Source of the DNA: Callorhinchus milii
Lineage: Eukaryota
Direction: 5' to 3'
Assembly: GCF_018977255.1 (NCBI RefSeq)
Contig: NW_024704742.1
Location: 806,001-870,000 of the forward strand
Length of the DNA: 64,000 bases
A model generated the notes under the pieces. That model was not told the DNA's origin. It saw only the letters and a list, made by a program, of their open reading frames with translations, and ran no database searches. Each line of letters begins with the position of its first letter. The stretch's first letter is position 1. A program made the position numbers and the translations under genes. This document shows, piece by piece, positions 1 to 13,405 of the stretch.

Positions 1-261
1 ACCTACGCACGAACACACCCATGGAGAGATTGCTGTGTTGAGATTAAACAGAAAGTCGCCACAAAAAGTGAGCTTCATTAATCGGCCGTGCATTCATGTA
101 AATAAAGTTTCTGGCCCTGATTGGAGGCAGACTCGATCCATACTTGCCCAAGATGCTTCAGTGATCGCACTCTTTCCAGTTGTCTGTCTGTGCCATTTCA
201 GCTTCAATGTCCTTTTGAACTCCGTGAGCTAGAAATTCCACCTGGATGGAGGGTGGAGGGT

Positions 262-630
262 GGAGTCTTGTTGCGTTTTGATTAGAGCGCTCGCCTCCCA
301 AACGAGAGGACATGTGTTTGTTTCCCAGGCAGGGACAAACTTTAGGCAAGTTTCCTTACCCTGTTTGCTTCTGTTTACAGTGTGTAGCAGTGTGTAGGTG
401 CCCCGTTGTTAGTCAATTGGTGGATAGTTTTACAGGGATATTAGTCCCTCAAAAGAAAACTTGGTCAATCGAACCACGACTGTTTGTGGGACACTGCTGT
501 GCGCAATTGGCTGCTGAGTTTTGCCCACAATATACAGAGTCAATCCACTTCACAATGTATTTTGTGAAGCGCTGTGAGACGTCTCAGCGATGTGATAAGG
601 CGCTACATCAAATGCAAAGATTATTATTTA
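262..630 (+). mobile_element. tRNA-headed SINE (family A), near full length
   Basis: Degenerate tRNA-like head, body ggcaagtttccttac..gttagtcaattgg, and shared tail gtgaagcgct..gagacgtctc..atcaaatgcaaagattattatt. Recurs many times in the window. Confidence 0.85.
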
Positions 631-3479
631 CTCTGTTTGTGTCACATTTCAGGACACCAAGCATTCTTAAATACAGCTTTCGTTTTGAAGCCTGTCAGAT
701 CTGCCGAAAATGCACTTCAACTAAATTCAACAATTCGCCAAATTCCGATTGCTCCGAAATAACTACAGTAAATAGAGTCAATCTAGACCAGGTGAGGTTT
801 CTCTGCCAGTGCCTTCTCTCAGATAGCTTTCCCCAGTGTCAGCAGCATTCACAGTACACTGTGATGGTGGTACGGGGGAAACAACATAAAAAAGGAAGAA
901 AATACGGTGGAGCCACAATTTTTCTCTGTTCCTCTTCCCCTCCACTATCCACCATTTTGAGGAAGAAAGGGGGGAACGGGCTTTGAGAAGAGGTAGATAA
1001 AGCTCATTACGACATCTTTAAATCTATCTCTACCATCCACTGCCCTCTAACTCGGTCCCATGGTTGGCCCAAACTGCAAGGTAACAGCATCTGAGATGCA
1101 ATCAGGGACTGATCAAAATTGTGTTGAACATTACAGCAAAAAATCTGGTCATTCAGCCCAACTTGTCCATGAAAATGTTTCTGTTGATCATGAGCCCCCA
1201 CCTTTCCTAATCCCCTCTCCCACATATCCCTCTTTCCCTCTATTCTCTTCTCTCTCAAGTATGCATTATGTTATTAATAAGTTGCCTCTCAAAGCTTTCT
1301 GGTTCAACCACAGCTTCCAGCAGTGAATTCCACATTCTGGCCAACTTCTGCTTGAAGAAGCTGCTTCCAATGTGAAAGGTGTTATGTAATGTACAATTGT
1401 ATTGTATTACAGATGTGCTACTTACTATCTCATATTTATGACCCCTCAGTTTGGATTCACCAACAAGTGGAAACAGCCTATTAACATCCTCTTACATAGT
1501 GAGATCTTATATTGCATATGTCAGGGTCATCTGTGTTGGATCCGATTGATGGCCTGTCTATTAAAGATTGGGCCAAGAGGTTCAGCATTTGGGAACAGCA
1601 GCACTTAAGGCCTCAGTTAATAGGGCCAACAGTTTATAATGGAAAACATTTGCCCTTTGATGTGCTGCAAGGATCATCAATCCACTCAGTTGTGATGTTC
1701 CCTCTATTCCGGGATGCCTCCTGAGCGTGGGTTTGTGAAGTCCTGCTGTAGTCGAGTGCTTGTGGCAACCAACGCGTTGTCCCACAAGCCACTTATCTCA
1801 GGTTACTTGGGAACTCATCAACTCATCTCCTTTTTCACATTGTCCATCCTGCAATTCCATCCTGGTTTGTGAATTTGGAAATGCAGTTGAAGAATCCACT
1901 GTTTGAGCTTATGGTTCTTTGTAAGCAGATATGACTGTCTTGGCAGTCAGCACTCTTGTTGGCTCTAGTTTCAGTTGTAGAGTTAGTACATTACAAGCTA
2001 AGTTGGTTGATTCACTTATTTGTTTTGATTTCCTGACACAGCTGTACTCTGTCCCCGCCTTGTGTTTCTGCCTGAGGTTATTTCTCACTTGCACCTTTGT
2101 CAAGAGGTGACCGTTCCTTCTTTTTACCCTCCTCCTTGAAGCTCTTGAGTTGGGGAAGAGCTTATTTCGCTGTGTTGATGGTAAAAGGGCTTTGGCACAT
2201 TCTGTTGACAGGATTAAATTACTTGAGAGAGTCCCGCTAAGAGTTTGATTCACATGCCTTAGGACACTCATGACTTTGAAACTGGTAAGTTGCAAAGTCT
2301 CAATCATTCTCTGCCCCCGCTCTCTGGAACTCCATCCCGAATATTCATTTATTTTGTCGTTAGCGTTCCTTGTCATTTGAGTTGTATCCATCTCCTATCT
2401 TTCTTTCACGCAGAGGTTTATGATAGGGTGTGTATTGAACTGCCCAGAAGCCCACAGAATGTAAAGTCAAACGGAGATAGGCGGATAAAGTTAGGGTATT
2501 AAGGAATGCTGAAAAAGGGCTGGGAAATAGGTTTCAAAGATCTGTCCTGATCTAATAAAACGGGGGAACATGTCCGATGGGGTGAATGGCCTGCTCCTGT
2601 TCGTACGCTGTTGGGAGATTACATTGAGTTCTGCTCAAAGTGAATTTGGCCTCCGTAGAATTAACAATGTACCTTGTAAAACATAAAACAATGGTCATTT
2701 GTAAAGCTAGATGATGTTATACCAAAATAGGAATGTATTTGTTTTGGAGAATCTAAAGAAGTCATCAGGAGATGGGATAAGAAAGTATGATAGTTGCCCC
2801 GGCTGTACCTTGTCATAAAACTATGGTCATTTATAACACTGATCATGCTGCAATTTAATAGAATTTAATAGTGAAGTGTAAGGTTGTACTTCAGAAGAGA
2901 TCCACATTTGACATCAGATGTCTGAGCAAGATGTACGGTAAATGGTTTACTGAAGGGCTGATAAAGGTTAAGACACTGATAATGGCTCTCTTTCCCTGAC
3001 TGCAAATAATTGTAATAGCTCAAAGCTCATAATGTTTACATGGAGGAACTTACGACGTTTGTGAGACGTGGCAGGTAAGCAGCACAGTCTGGATGGGCGC
3101 CCGTTTGCATGTTATATTCCCCCGCTACAGGTAGGAAGAATAGCTTGCAATCAGTCGCAGAACAATTAAAGCCGCAGAAGGATGTTTTGGCACTTTGACA
3201 AGCAGACACTTAGCTTTGATCATCAGCCAGTGGTGTCTCTGGTTGTTTTTTCAGGTAAGACACAATCCTGTACTGATCTCGTGGCAGCGTTCTCAACCTC
3301 TCCCTCCTCCCCCCCATTCCCTTCCCCTGCTGCTCCGGTCCCTTTGGGCTTTAGATCTCAGCTCTACGTTTCTGCCATGCCGAACCTTAGAGGCAGATTT
3401 GCTCTTTTGTGGGTAAGACTGCACTTGGCAATAAATTAAGGAATTCCTCATTAGACTCACAGAGAACAAGCCAGAGAAC

Positions 3480-3649
3480 AAGGTATCTCCTGGCCTCACA
3501 TCCATGGTTGATACATGAAGAAACCCAAAAACCAAGCTTCAGAGTAACCAAACCAGACTTGAGAGTTTCTCATATTGAGAGTGACTCTGAAGTCTGGTTT
3601 CTGGGTTTCCTCATGTATCAGACTTGGATTTGAGGCCAGAAGATACCTT
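3480..3649. repeat. Long inverted repeat: 69-bp arms (3480-3548 / 3581-3649), ~85% identical, 32-nt loop
   Basis: The left arm ggtatctcctggcctcacatccatggttgatacatgaagaaaccc..cttcagagtaac is the reverse complement of gtgactctgaag..gaggccagaagatacc with 10 mismatches. Confidence 0.92.
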
Positions 3650-4379
3650 TCATGGATGGCTTGAGAGTTTCCCATATGGATACCACCTAAATTTCCCTGC
3701 ATTTGATATAGTGCCTTATCACATCGTTGAGACTTCCCAAAGCGCTTCACAAAATATAGTCTAAAGTCAGTTGACTGTATGTTTTGTGGGTGAAACGCAG
3801 CACTGTTCGGAATGGAATGTGCACTTTCTCCCTCCTCACCAAATTCCGGAGAGTATTAGGTGCCGGTTGACAAGAACCAATGCTTAGGGACCCCAGAGTG
3901 TGTGTGGGGCTACAGTTGGAGTCTAACCAGCTAAAACCATAGAGCTTGCCATTGAGAACATTGTTTGGCAAGCTTGGTCTGCTCCTTCAAGACATGTCAA
4001 CTACCCCGCTTCACTGGTCTGACATCAGAAGTGCCCTAGAAGACTGCCTACCTAGCTCAGGAAAAGGGACTACTGAAAAGGAGATCGCCACAGAGGATTC
4101 ACTTGATTCTGATGTTCTTTTCTGAGGAAATGTTTCCTTGGAGCCATATCAGCCTTTTAGAATTCCAAATGATGTCGGGGGAGTCGAAAGGTTAGTGCCC
4201 TAACAATAATAATGCAAAGTAATAATAATAATAATCCTTGCATTTCGTATAGCACCTCATTACGTCTTCGAGACGTCTCAAAGCGCTTCACAGAAGTATC
4301 TGTGTGTGTGTGTAGTAATTCCTGCTTTCAGTAAGTGGTTCCAAAACCTTTTGAGCCCTCGCCTTAACAGAGGTTGGGA

Positions 4380-4715
4380 TTCCATTGTGATAGCTGATGG
4401 AAAGGGAATAAGGAGGCTTAGTATTTCCGAAGTGAAGGGTGCAATGCAAGTGTAATTTGTTGTTGTTGTTATAGCCTTCCTAGTCACTGGTCATGTTGCC
4501 CCATTAGCGTGTGGGAGTGCGGACATCAGGTGAGGACAGGATTGAGCTTGGCTGCGATACTTCCCCCCCACCCCACCCCACACACCAAACACTGAATACC
4601 TTGGCCAATAACCACAGGTCAGGAAGGACCATTTGGACGGGAAACCAGAAAGTGGCCAGGACCCGTGAAATCATACTCCAGCAAAGAGAAGGCACCTGAG
4701 GCAGAGGTCGAGGGG
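4380..4715 (+). mobile_element. Third, older SINE-like family; related pieces at ~16540-16720(-), 20940-21105, 44275-44640, 47485-47715, 53770-53890(-)
   Basis: Recurrent motif gtgaggacaggattgagcttggctgcgat (compare 47540 tgaggacaggatggggctgggctgggctgcgatgcc). Confidence 0.6.
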
Positions 4716-6769
4716 AGAGATTGAGGGACAGGGGAATTTGCCTTTTACAGCGATATTGTATTTCACAATATTATGCATTTGGCGAGAGGAAAGGGTGTAA
4801 ATGCACTGACTTTAATCAGCATTTTTTTAATCAATCGTTTTGACGCTCGGAATGGGAAAGCTTTTTCTCTCTCTCTCTCTCTCGCTCTCTGTGCCCGCAT
4901 GTCAGCCCCCTCCTTCCCTGGGCGCCTTGCGGTGCTATGAAGGTAAAGCTGAATAAACACTGCAGTTTATTTGAGCAGAGGGAGGGCTCGGTGGTGGTTG
5001 AAAGCAAGTCTGGGGCCATCTATTGTTGAGCCCTAATCCAAGAAGCACTCCCTGCCCCTCTGACTCTGTGCCACTGTGAAAACCTGAATAGGCTGAGACG
5101 TTTTATTGGTGTTTCTCTTCACCCCCCCACCCCCCACTCCCCTTCCTTCAGGCAAGGAGCCAAGAGAAACCAGTCACAGGTGGAGCCAGCAGAGCGGGTG
5201 GATTTTTTTTGTCCGTCCGAGGCCATTTGACACATCATGTTTACGTTTACAGACAATGAAGCAGAAAAGGTGATATAGTGAGGGCCTGCGGATTACTCCA
5301 GTGCCGGCATGTTTAATAAATAACAACTCAGCAGACCCATGGGAATGTGCTGCTTTCGTTTCCAGGCACAATGGGTGAGGACAAACATGTCCTCAGATGC
5401 AGACTGTTTGCCTCAACAGCATTATGTACAAAAGGAAATACTGGCTCCCAGGTGTTGCTTTAGATGTTGAAAAAAAAGAACATACTGGGTTATTGTCTGC
5501 AGATTGCAGGCACGGACATTCTTTCCAATCTAAAGCAGAATTGTTTCCTATCCCTCAGCTCCCCTCCACTCCATTCTCACCCTCACCCCAGTCATGCCTT
5601 TGTTTTATCTGAATTGAGCTACATTGTGAAATCTACCATAATACTTTTTGTGAAAGAACTCTCAGCTGCTGTAATGCCACACGTGAGAAGGTGGCACTGG
5701 ACTGTGTTTATTCCTGAGGTGCATTTCAGGATGTGTGTTTATTCCCAAAGAGCAGTTACGGGGCTTATTCTTAGTGAATAGGAAAGCAGTTGACGTTCAA
5801 CACTACCGTATCTGCTGACGCAGGCATGAATGTGGTTTAAGGCAAAGAAAGTGACCGTGTATGTAAAGGGGTCAAATGAAGTATAAAGTGAGGGAGGGAG
5901 GGAGGGAGAGAGGCGGCTGCTGATCATGCTGGGAGGTTTGAACATCGAAAGTACAGCTGAAAGAAATCTGGTTCTGAAATTGAGGTGGGGGAGATGATTT
6001 CAAAGATTGTTTTACTCGTTAATCGTTGAGGTGTCAGAACTGCCTCACTTTGTAGCACTCTCACTCGAGTCAGTGGGTCGGGGGGTACAAGCTGCAACGA
6101 AGAACTTTGAGCTCGTAACTTAGGCTGACACTCCCAATGCAGTGTCGGAAGTGCTGTCTTCCAAGGAACCCTTTGAGCCTGTTCGGGGGGATGTTAAAGA
6201 TCGCATGACTCTATTCGAAGAGAAGGCAGTTTCTCCAGCAATTCTCCCCCCAAAATTAATCATTCTCTTTATGTCGGTTTATGGGACACTGTGTGCGCAA
6301 GTTGGCTTCCGTGTTCTCTTGCAAATACGCAGGTACTATATTTTACAGTAAAATCCTATGCAGGGTTTGGACAGACCCTTTGACAAAGTGATTTGGCATT
6401 ATATCAAATGTAAAAATTATTTTATTGAGTGCCAGGGATTCATTGAGAGTGCATCTCTAACTAGGCCGTCCTCCCTACGTGAAACACACAATATAAATGT
6501 AAATGTTCTTATGGTTTTGTTGCATACTAATCCCACAGTAATGAAGTTACAAAACTATACTATTAACCCTAGACAGTTAAACTGAATACAAACACACCAT
6601 AGGGTAACAACTGCAATATTCTTTTAATGTGTTCCTTGCACTATTAAGGGAATGTTCTCATTCAGAATCTTCCACATACTTATGTGTATTCCCCATCGCT
6701 GAAGCTGCTGTTTTGGAAACATTTGTGTAGGCTTCTTGTCATGGGAAGCTGAATGAGGTCTAGGGGTGT

Positions 6770-7720
6770 TAGTTGACTCACCGTGTCAAAACAGTGTGAG
6801 GCAGCAATAAACAAGATAAACAGGATGCTGGGCTATATTCCCAAACCAGTTGAGTTCAGATCCCCAGACATCATATTAAAGCTGTATTCAAGTGATCTAT
6901 ACTAGTGCTCTAAATGCATTGAGTACTGCGTATAGTTCTGGTCACAATAAGGGGAACTCCAGTTTCAGAGCAGAGGAGAGCAACAAGGATAATAATAATA
7001 ATCCTTGCATTTGATGTAGCCCCTTATCACATCTTTGAGACAGAATATACTGTAAAGTGAATTGACTGTATATTTTGTGGATGAAACGCGGCAGCCAATT
7101 GCGCCCAGCAGCGTCCCACAAACAGTCGTGGATTGAATTGACCAATTTATTTTAAAAAAATTTTAAGGAGTTTTTACCTCTGAAAAAGTGATCCCCCAAT
7201 CGACTAATAACCAGGTTCCTACTTACTGTTAGGTAAACAGAGGTGTGTGGATTAAGGAAACTTGCCCAACATTTCGCTCTGTCCGGAATAGAACCCAGGT
7301 CTCTTGCGAGTGCTCTAACCACTGAGCTACAGGACTCCCGGGATGAGTGTTAAGGGAATGAGCTATGAGAAACGATTAAAAAAGTTAGGGCTCTTCAGTC
7401 TAAAATAGAGATGTATCATGCTGTATAGAATTTTAGTGTATAATATTTAAATGGGATTGAGACAGTGAACTCGGAACAATATTTTCCAATGCACTGTGGC
7501 AACGGAACAAGAGAATCCGGGTTTCAGGTTGTAAACAATTTCAGGACAGAAACCATGAAGTACCTCTTTACCCGAAGGATAATTAACAACTGAAAGAAGT
7601 TACGAGGAAAATTGGTTGAGGTCATTTATTAAACAAAGCGGTTGTGATGGGAGGATGGCAGGTTTGGTATTGTGGAAGGAAGGAGGAGATCAAATGGGCC
7701 AAAGACCTTCTTCATTCAAA
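6770..7720 (+). mobile_element. Decayed CR1 3' end, split by the SINE at 6989-7339
   Basis: aacaggatgctgggctatat, gagtactgcgtatagttctggtcac, aagggaatgagctatgagaaacg, gggctcttcagtct. Confidence 0.8.
6989..7339 (-). mobile_element. SINE family A, full length, inserted into a CR1 fragment
   Basis: Minus strand head ggagtcctgtagctcagtggttagagcactcgc..gacctgggttctattcc; (ATT)n tail at ~6990. Confidence 0.88.
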
Positions 7721-10309
7721 TCTTTTAGGTAAGACACATTGGAGTTGGTTACATAGGCAACAGAAATGATCCTAAGAGACAGAAACAACAACTTGCGTAT
7801 ATATTGCCCCCTTCACGCGGGCAGTGTCTCAGAGAATGGTGTAGTTTGACACCAAGCCAGGGAGAAAGGACAGGTGACCATAAGCACAATCGAAGAGGGA
7901 AGTCTTCAGGTGTGATCTGAAGACAGGCAAAGGAGGGAGCAAGGCGGAAGGTTTGAGGCAGGGAGTTCCAGAGGTTTGGGTGTACTGACTGAAGGCAAGT
8001 TCAATGAGGAGAACAGGCAACCACAACAACAACAACCAAATTACATTTATACAGCGCTTCTCACGTTGTAAGGACACCACGAAACACTGGACAGTTAAGG
8101 GTTTGCACCTGAGCTGGGGGCTGGAATTAAGACGGTTGGAGGGTAGGAGAAGTGGGGGTGGGAGTGTGGCCGAAGTTATGGTCATAGAGGAAGGTCTTCA
8201 CACACACACACGCACAAAGTGCACATCAAATCTGTACATTGGCCCTACATCACTGAGCACATCTTAGACACAGGACATACCATTGAGTTTAAAGGCAACA
8301 CCACCAGTATTTTTCATGCCAAACATTTTCAGCAAGTGGCAGTGGAGGTCTTTTACACACATTCTGAAAAAAACAGAAAGCGCACACATACATTCCTACA
8401 GAAACTGAATAGGATCTGGACAAAAAAATTCTTAATTCATTCGGAAGCCATTTTCCTGTTGGCCCTAAACAGAATCCGCTTCAAATAATTTTCCACGATT
8501 GTAGAATTTAAAGGATGAAACGTTAAGACAAAACTGTCTTTCCGGCTACAATCGTGGAGAGCTTCAGGCCTCTGACTTGACAAAAAAAAAGGTTGCGGGT
8601 TCAAAACTTGATAGTCCAATGTCAGTAAAATGAGAACCAAGTCAGACTGAGATGCACAAAGCATTTTGCACAACGAGATTGACTTTCCGTAAAAAAAAAT
8701 TGGGTTTTGATAACAATTTTGCACGGATCAGGATTTCTGGTCGTGTCAGTTTCCTTGTTATCAAAGTCATTATTTAATTACGTACTTATTTTCAATGGAC
8801 GAATATGCATCTTACATAGCGTGGTATAGTTACAACAACCTTCTAAATCTAAACAATAATTATACTCCTTACATTTGATATCGTGCCTTTCACGTCAGGA
8901 GGACGTCCCCAAGCACTTCACAGAATATGCAGTAAAGTGGGGTTACTGTGTGTGTTTTGTGGATGATTGCAGCAGCCAGTTTGCACCCAACAATCTCCCA
9001 CTAACAGCCATGAAGTCAATGATCCATTTTATCTGAGGTTAGACGGGTTTTTGGCCAGGGGACAGGGAGAAACTCATTTCTCTTTTCGAACAGTGCCATG
9101 GGATCTTTAATGTCCGTCTGAGCAGCCAGCTTGGGCCTCGGTTTAACGTCTCATCCGAAGGACGTAATACAACGTTGAATTCCGAGTGCTGGAGCCAGAG
9201 CTCCAAAGAGTTCTTAGTCACGGAGCAGCCACGAGAGAGTGTCAGAGATATCTGCAAATGGACATCCCACTTGGGAACAAACGCTAATCACTGGACTGCT
9301 AGGGATTCGATACTCATCTCCTTCAACTAGAAAACAAACTTGATACGTAAGGAGTTAATCTCTGCTTGCTGGCAAGGTAACTGGGCTTATAATGGGACCT
9401 CCCCCCGCCCCACCACCCATCATATGCTTTTCCCATTATAAGCACATAGCATAACGATAAGCAAACGCACAAAACAAGCAATGAACGATGTGCGCTCAAC
9501 ACTACGGTCGGTAAATGTACCTGCGCACAGAGAACCGCCATGATCCCCACTGAAAAGGGAAGCTGTTTAAAGTGTGTTAAAGAGAAAGTGGGATTTTCAT
9601 CCCACATCTAACTGGGATCGCTTGTTTCGCTAGGTATCCTGTTCATGTTTCTCACCCTTTAGGAAAATGGCACTTTGCATTTGTTATCTCAGCCCAATGT
9701 AATTATTTCTGTGGGTGCAGTTAGTCAGGAAATGTCGCATGTCACTGAAGTGATCTTAGTGGAGGAATGTCGAGCCAGTTGAATTCCACTGACAGCTCTA
9801 ACCCATTAACCACAAAGCGTAGAGATTACTTAATAGTTCTCTCTGCAAACTGCTGTACCGGTCCAAAGAGTTAACCCGAGTTTATAAAACAAAACCAGAA
9901 CATTTAATCATAGTTGGAGCTAACCCAACTGCAATATCTTCCAGTATGTACAGTGCAATCAGTGTGGTCAGATATTGATGTTACAATTCTGGAAATGTTT
10001 CACCGGCTTTTTCAATAGTTGCTGATAAGTTTACCAAACCAGAAATCTTCAGGTGAGGTTCATTCCTGGAGTTTCCTCGATCTACTACCTAATGAGCAAG
10101 TTCAGTTCTAATTCAAAATGCAACGTAATGTGAACTGCAACACAAAATAACTCCTCGTGTGTCCGTAAGCTAGGGAGGGACTTCTGAAGAAGATCAGTTT
10201 GCAGCTGCCGCCGTGACTCGATTGCACTTACCCTGGTTGTGAATATATTCAATAATAATAATATAATATAACAATAATATAATAATCCCTCCAAAACAAA
10301 AAACAATAA

Positions 10310-10500
10310 TAAATTGGTCATTTTCAATCTTCCACTGTTTGTGGGACATTGCTGTGCGCAATTGGCTGCCGCGTTCGCCCACAAATATACAGTCAATTCA
10401 CTTTACAGTCTATTCTGTGAAGCGCTTTGGGACGTCCTCCCGACGTGAAAAGCGCTATATCAAATGCAAGGATTATTATTATTATTATTATTATTATTAC
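10310..10500 (+). mobile_element. SINE 3' half with long (ATT)n tail; similar pieces at ~24405-24520, 29165-29340, 30090-30450, 31275-31410, 47310-47470, 49590-49735
   Basis: tgtgggacattgctgtgcgcaattggctgccgcg..aaagcgctatatcaaatgcaagg(att)n. Confidence 0.9.
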
Positions 10501-10544
10501 ATGTCGCTTACTGTTCAAGATCCCATGACACTATCTTTATAATT

Positions 10545-11115
10545 GTCTTACTAGATTGTGCTGATTGCATAGGGCATACTGCTCAATTCCCTCCTCGCCG
10601 ATCTCCCCAGCTCCAGTATCCACAAAATCCAGTTTATCCAAAACTCTGCCGCCTTCATACTCACCCTCACTAAACTCTGTAACCCCATCGCACCAGTTCT
10701 AGCCAGGCTCCACTGGCTCCCTATCACGGAACGGATGGATTTCAAGATGGTCACACTCATCTTCAAATCCCTTCTTGCCCTGGCACCTCCCTACCTCTCC
10801 GACCTGCTTACTCCCCAACCCACTTCGCATTCGCTCAACTGGCTCCGGCCTCCTGCAGGTCCCTCGCGCCCTCCGTTGCCCCATCCGTGGCCGGCTTTGA
10901 GCCACTACACCCGGAAGCTGTGGAACATTCTTCCTCTAACCCTCCACCTCGCCTCCTCCTTCCCCATCTTCGGATCACACCTGAAGACCTTCCTCTTTGA
11001 CCATGTCCTGTGGTTCCCCCCCGCCCCCAGCTTGGAGTCATGCAGTCGAGCTCTCTGGGACACTACCCTGCTTGAGGGGCACTATATAAATACAAGTTAC
11101 TGTCGTTATTGTTGC
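10545..11115 (+). mobile_element. L2 LINE 3' fragment (ORF2 C-terminus and tail)
   Basis: Encodes ..IQNSAAFILT..PIAPVLARLHWLPITERMDFKMVTLIFKSL.APPYLSDLL, the L2-clade LHWLP signature. Confidence 0.9.
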
Positions 11116-12214
11116 TTACTACACATGGTCGGTTACATGATGTCTGTTACATGTTGTGTTGCTTAACACGTGTTGTCTGTTACATATGTTGCTTACATGC
11201 ATAGTCTGCCACGTGTGCTACATACTACATAATAATTGCATGTTGTGCTGCCAGGCAAGCTACAAAAGAGCAGACATGAGGCCAGATAGGCATGTTTTCA
11301 ATGCATCCAACTTTAAATGCCCCCGAGTTCAGAACACTTTTCCTTTTCTCAGCAGCTACAGCCTGGATCTGAATGGTTCCGCTGGTATGTGGTCCATTTT
11401 TATCCCATTTGCCGAACCTTTGATTATCTCAAATGGCTTTCATCTGCGGGCTGAGCAAAGCTTTATTTCTCTTGGCTTGTCCTTGCTACAACAGAGACTT
11501 CCTCCTTTCCTTCAGTGGATGAAACATTTCACCCCTGGCTGGGCTTGAGCTTGACAGTTGATTTATACATGATTTAATTTCCTTCAGAAAATTGGAACCA
11601 GGGCTTTCAGGAATGGACGACTATAGTTTTCATTTGCTTAAGAACTCTTCTAGGGCCAATATAACCAGCAGTAGAAGATGTCATTTTGATTACCGGCATC
11701 CTGCTTGTCCCTCATGCTCCCCATTACACCATTTGTGGCTGCACTTTCAACCACTACGCCCCGAAACTCTAGAACACTCTCCCTCAATCCCTCCGCCTTA
11801 CCTCATCCTTCCCCATCTTCAGATCATGCTTGAGGAGCTTCTTTTCAACCGTGTCTTGAGTCACCTCCCCCCGGCTTGAAGCCATGCTCTGCCAACTGTC
11901 AAGCCCTCTGGGACACTACACGAGGAGCCTGTATAAATGCAAGTTGTTGTTCTTACTCGGGCTAGATACTCTAGGACGGTCGATGGCTGTGCAACTGTAA
12001 CCTTGTGTTACTAGAATGTCTTCAGGAGAGAAGGAGGGAAGGAAAGGAGTGGGGAGTGAATTAACAAATGCATACACGAGGAAGGAGGGAATAGAGAAGT
12101 AAGGGGAGGGGTGGATAGGGAGAGGGAATTAGGAAGGGTGGAGGCTCGGGTGGGGTAGGACCACTGGTTCCGACTAGTTGAATGAACTGAATGGCTTGTT
12201 TTGGTTCTGTACAG

Positions 12215-12600
12215 GTGTCAGCCTGATTCATCTCTGAGTCAGAAGGTTGTGGGTTCAAGCCCCACAACAGGACTTTGAACTGGCATTGTCTAAGCTGACA
12301 ATCCAAGACAGTGCTGGGGACGTTGCATTATCAGAGTTGCCGTCCTTCGGATGAGATGTTAAATCGAGATGCCATCGGCGTGTTCAGGTGGTCCATAAAG
12401 ATCCCATGGCACAATTCGAAAAGAGTAGAGAATTTCCCCTGACGTACTCACAAGCAATCCCTCAAATACAAAATTGACTCCTAATTTGTGACTACTGCGA
12501 TCACCTACAAAATACAATCACTAGACTTCCCAGTATGTCATGTGAAGCGCTTTCAGACATCGTCCTGATGTGAAAACTGTAATATGAAATAAAAGGATTG
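12215..12600 (+). mobile_element. DeuSINE-type (SacSINE1-like) SINE
   Basis: tctgagtcagaaggttgtgggttcaagccc head plus Deu-like core ggatgagatgttaaatcgag..aaagatcccatggcac. Confidence 0.8.
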
Positions 12601-13239
12601 TTATTAGATTGTAATAAAAATAATAATATAATAATCCTGACATTTGATGTAGCACCTTTCATATCGGGACAATGTCCCAAAGTGCTTTACAGGATATACT
12701 ATATACAAACGCCTTGTATAGCGTCAGGAGGACATCCCAAGGCCCTGGACAGTCAGGGATAAACAATCCCTCAAATAAAAAAATTACCCTTTGAGGGACT
12801 TTGCTGTGCGCAAGTTGTCTACTGCGATCACCTGCAAAATGCAGTCACTAGACTTCCCAGTATATCATGGGAAGCGCTTTCAGACATCGTACTGATGTGA
12901 AAACTGCAATATGAAATGCCAGTTGGATGACTGTGTATTTTTTTAAGCGAATGTGGCAGCCAGTTTGTGCACAGTAATGTCCCACGTTGAACAAAAGAAC
13001 AATGAATCATTCCTCTAAGCGTATATTGGCAATAACAAAGTGGTACTGTCAGTACTCGATATAAAAGAATAACTGAGAACCACAAAGCAGAATGTACTTT
13101 CCAGCAGAGCATGGCAGAAGTTATGTAAGACATACGAATATAAAACAGAACTTATACATGTGCTTAGCATTAAATTGCACCGTAACTCTACAAAGGACAA
13201 CCATTATGTAATGTAGGATTTACTGTTTCACCATATTTG

Positions 13240-13405
13240 CATGAAGTGTATGAATACTTGAGGAAAGATGATATTAAAGGATACAGGGGCGAGCGAGAGA
13301 ACAGGGTGAGCAGATAGCTCCATTGGGGGGAAACTATAATAGCAGCAGCAGATTCGCTGGACCGAATGACCTCCTTCTCTGTTGTAGGCATTCTATGACT
13401 CTATG
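13240..13405 (+). mobile_element. CR1 3' terminus; other CR1 ends at ~1010-1370(-), 2395-2605, 12060-12212, 56570-56640
   Basis: ggaccgaatgacctccttct..attctatgactctatga terminal repeat. Confidence 0.8.

Noticed and set aside
312..986. 224-aa ORF and the many recurring short ORFs with [15 protein letters not shown]
   Set aside because: Translations of SINE sequence.
1909..2391. 160-aa minus-strand ORF
   Set aside because: No recognisable domain or exon structure; lies among TE debris.
2668..2840. ~40-bp imperfect direct repeat (tgtaccttgt..cataaaac.atggtcattt)
   Set aside because: Only two copies; most likely a trivial local duplication.
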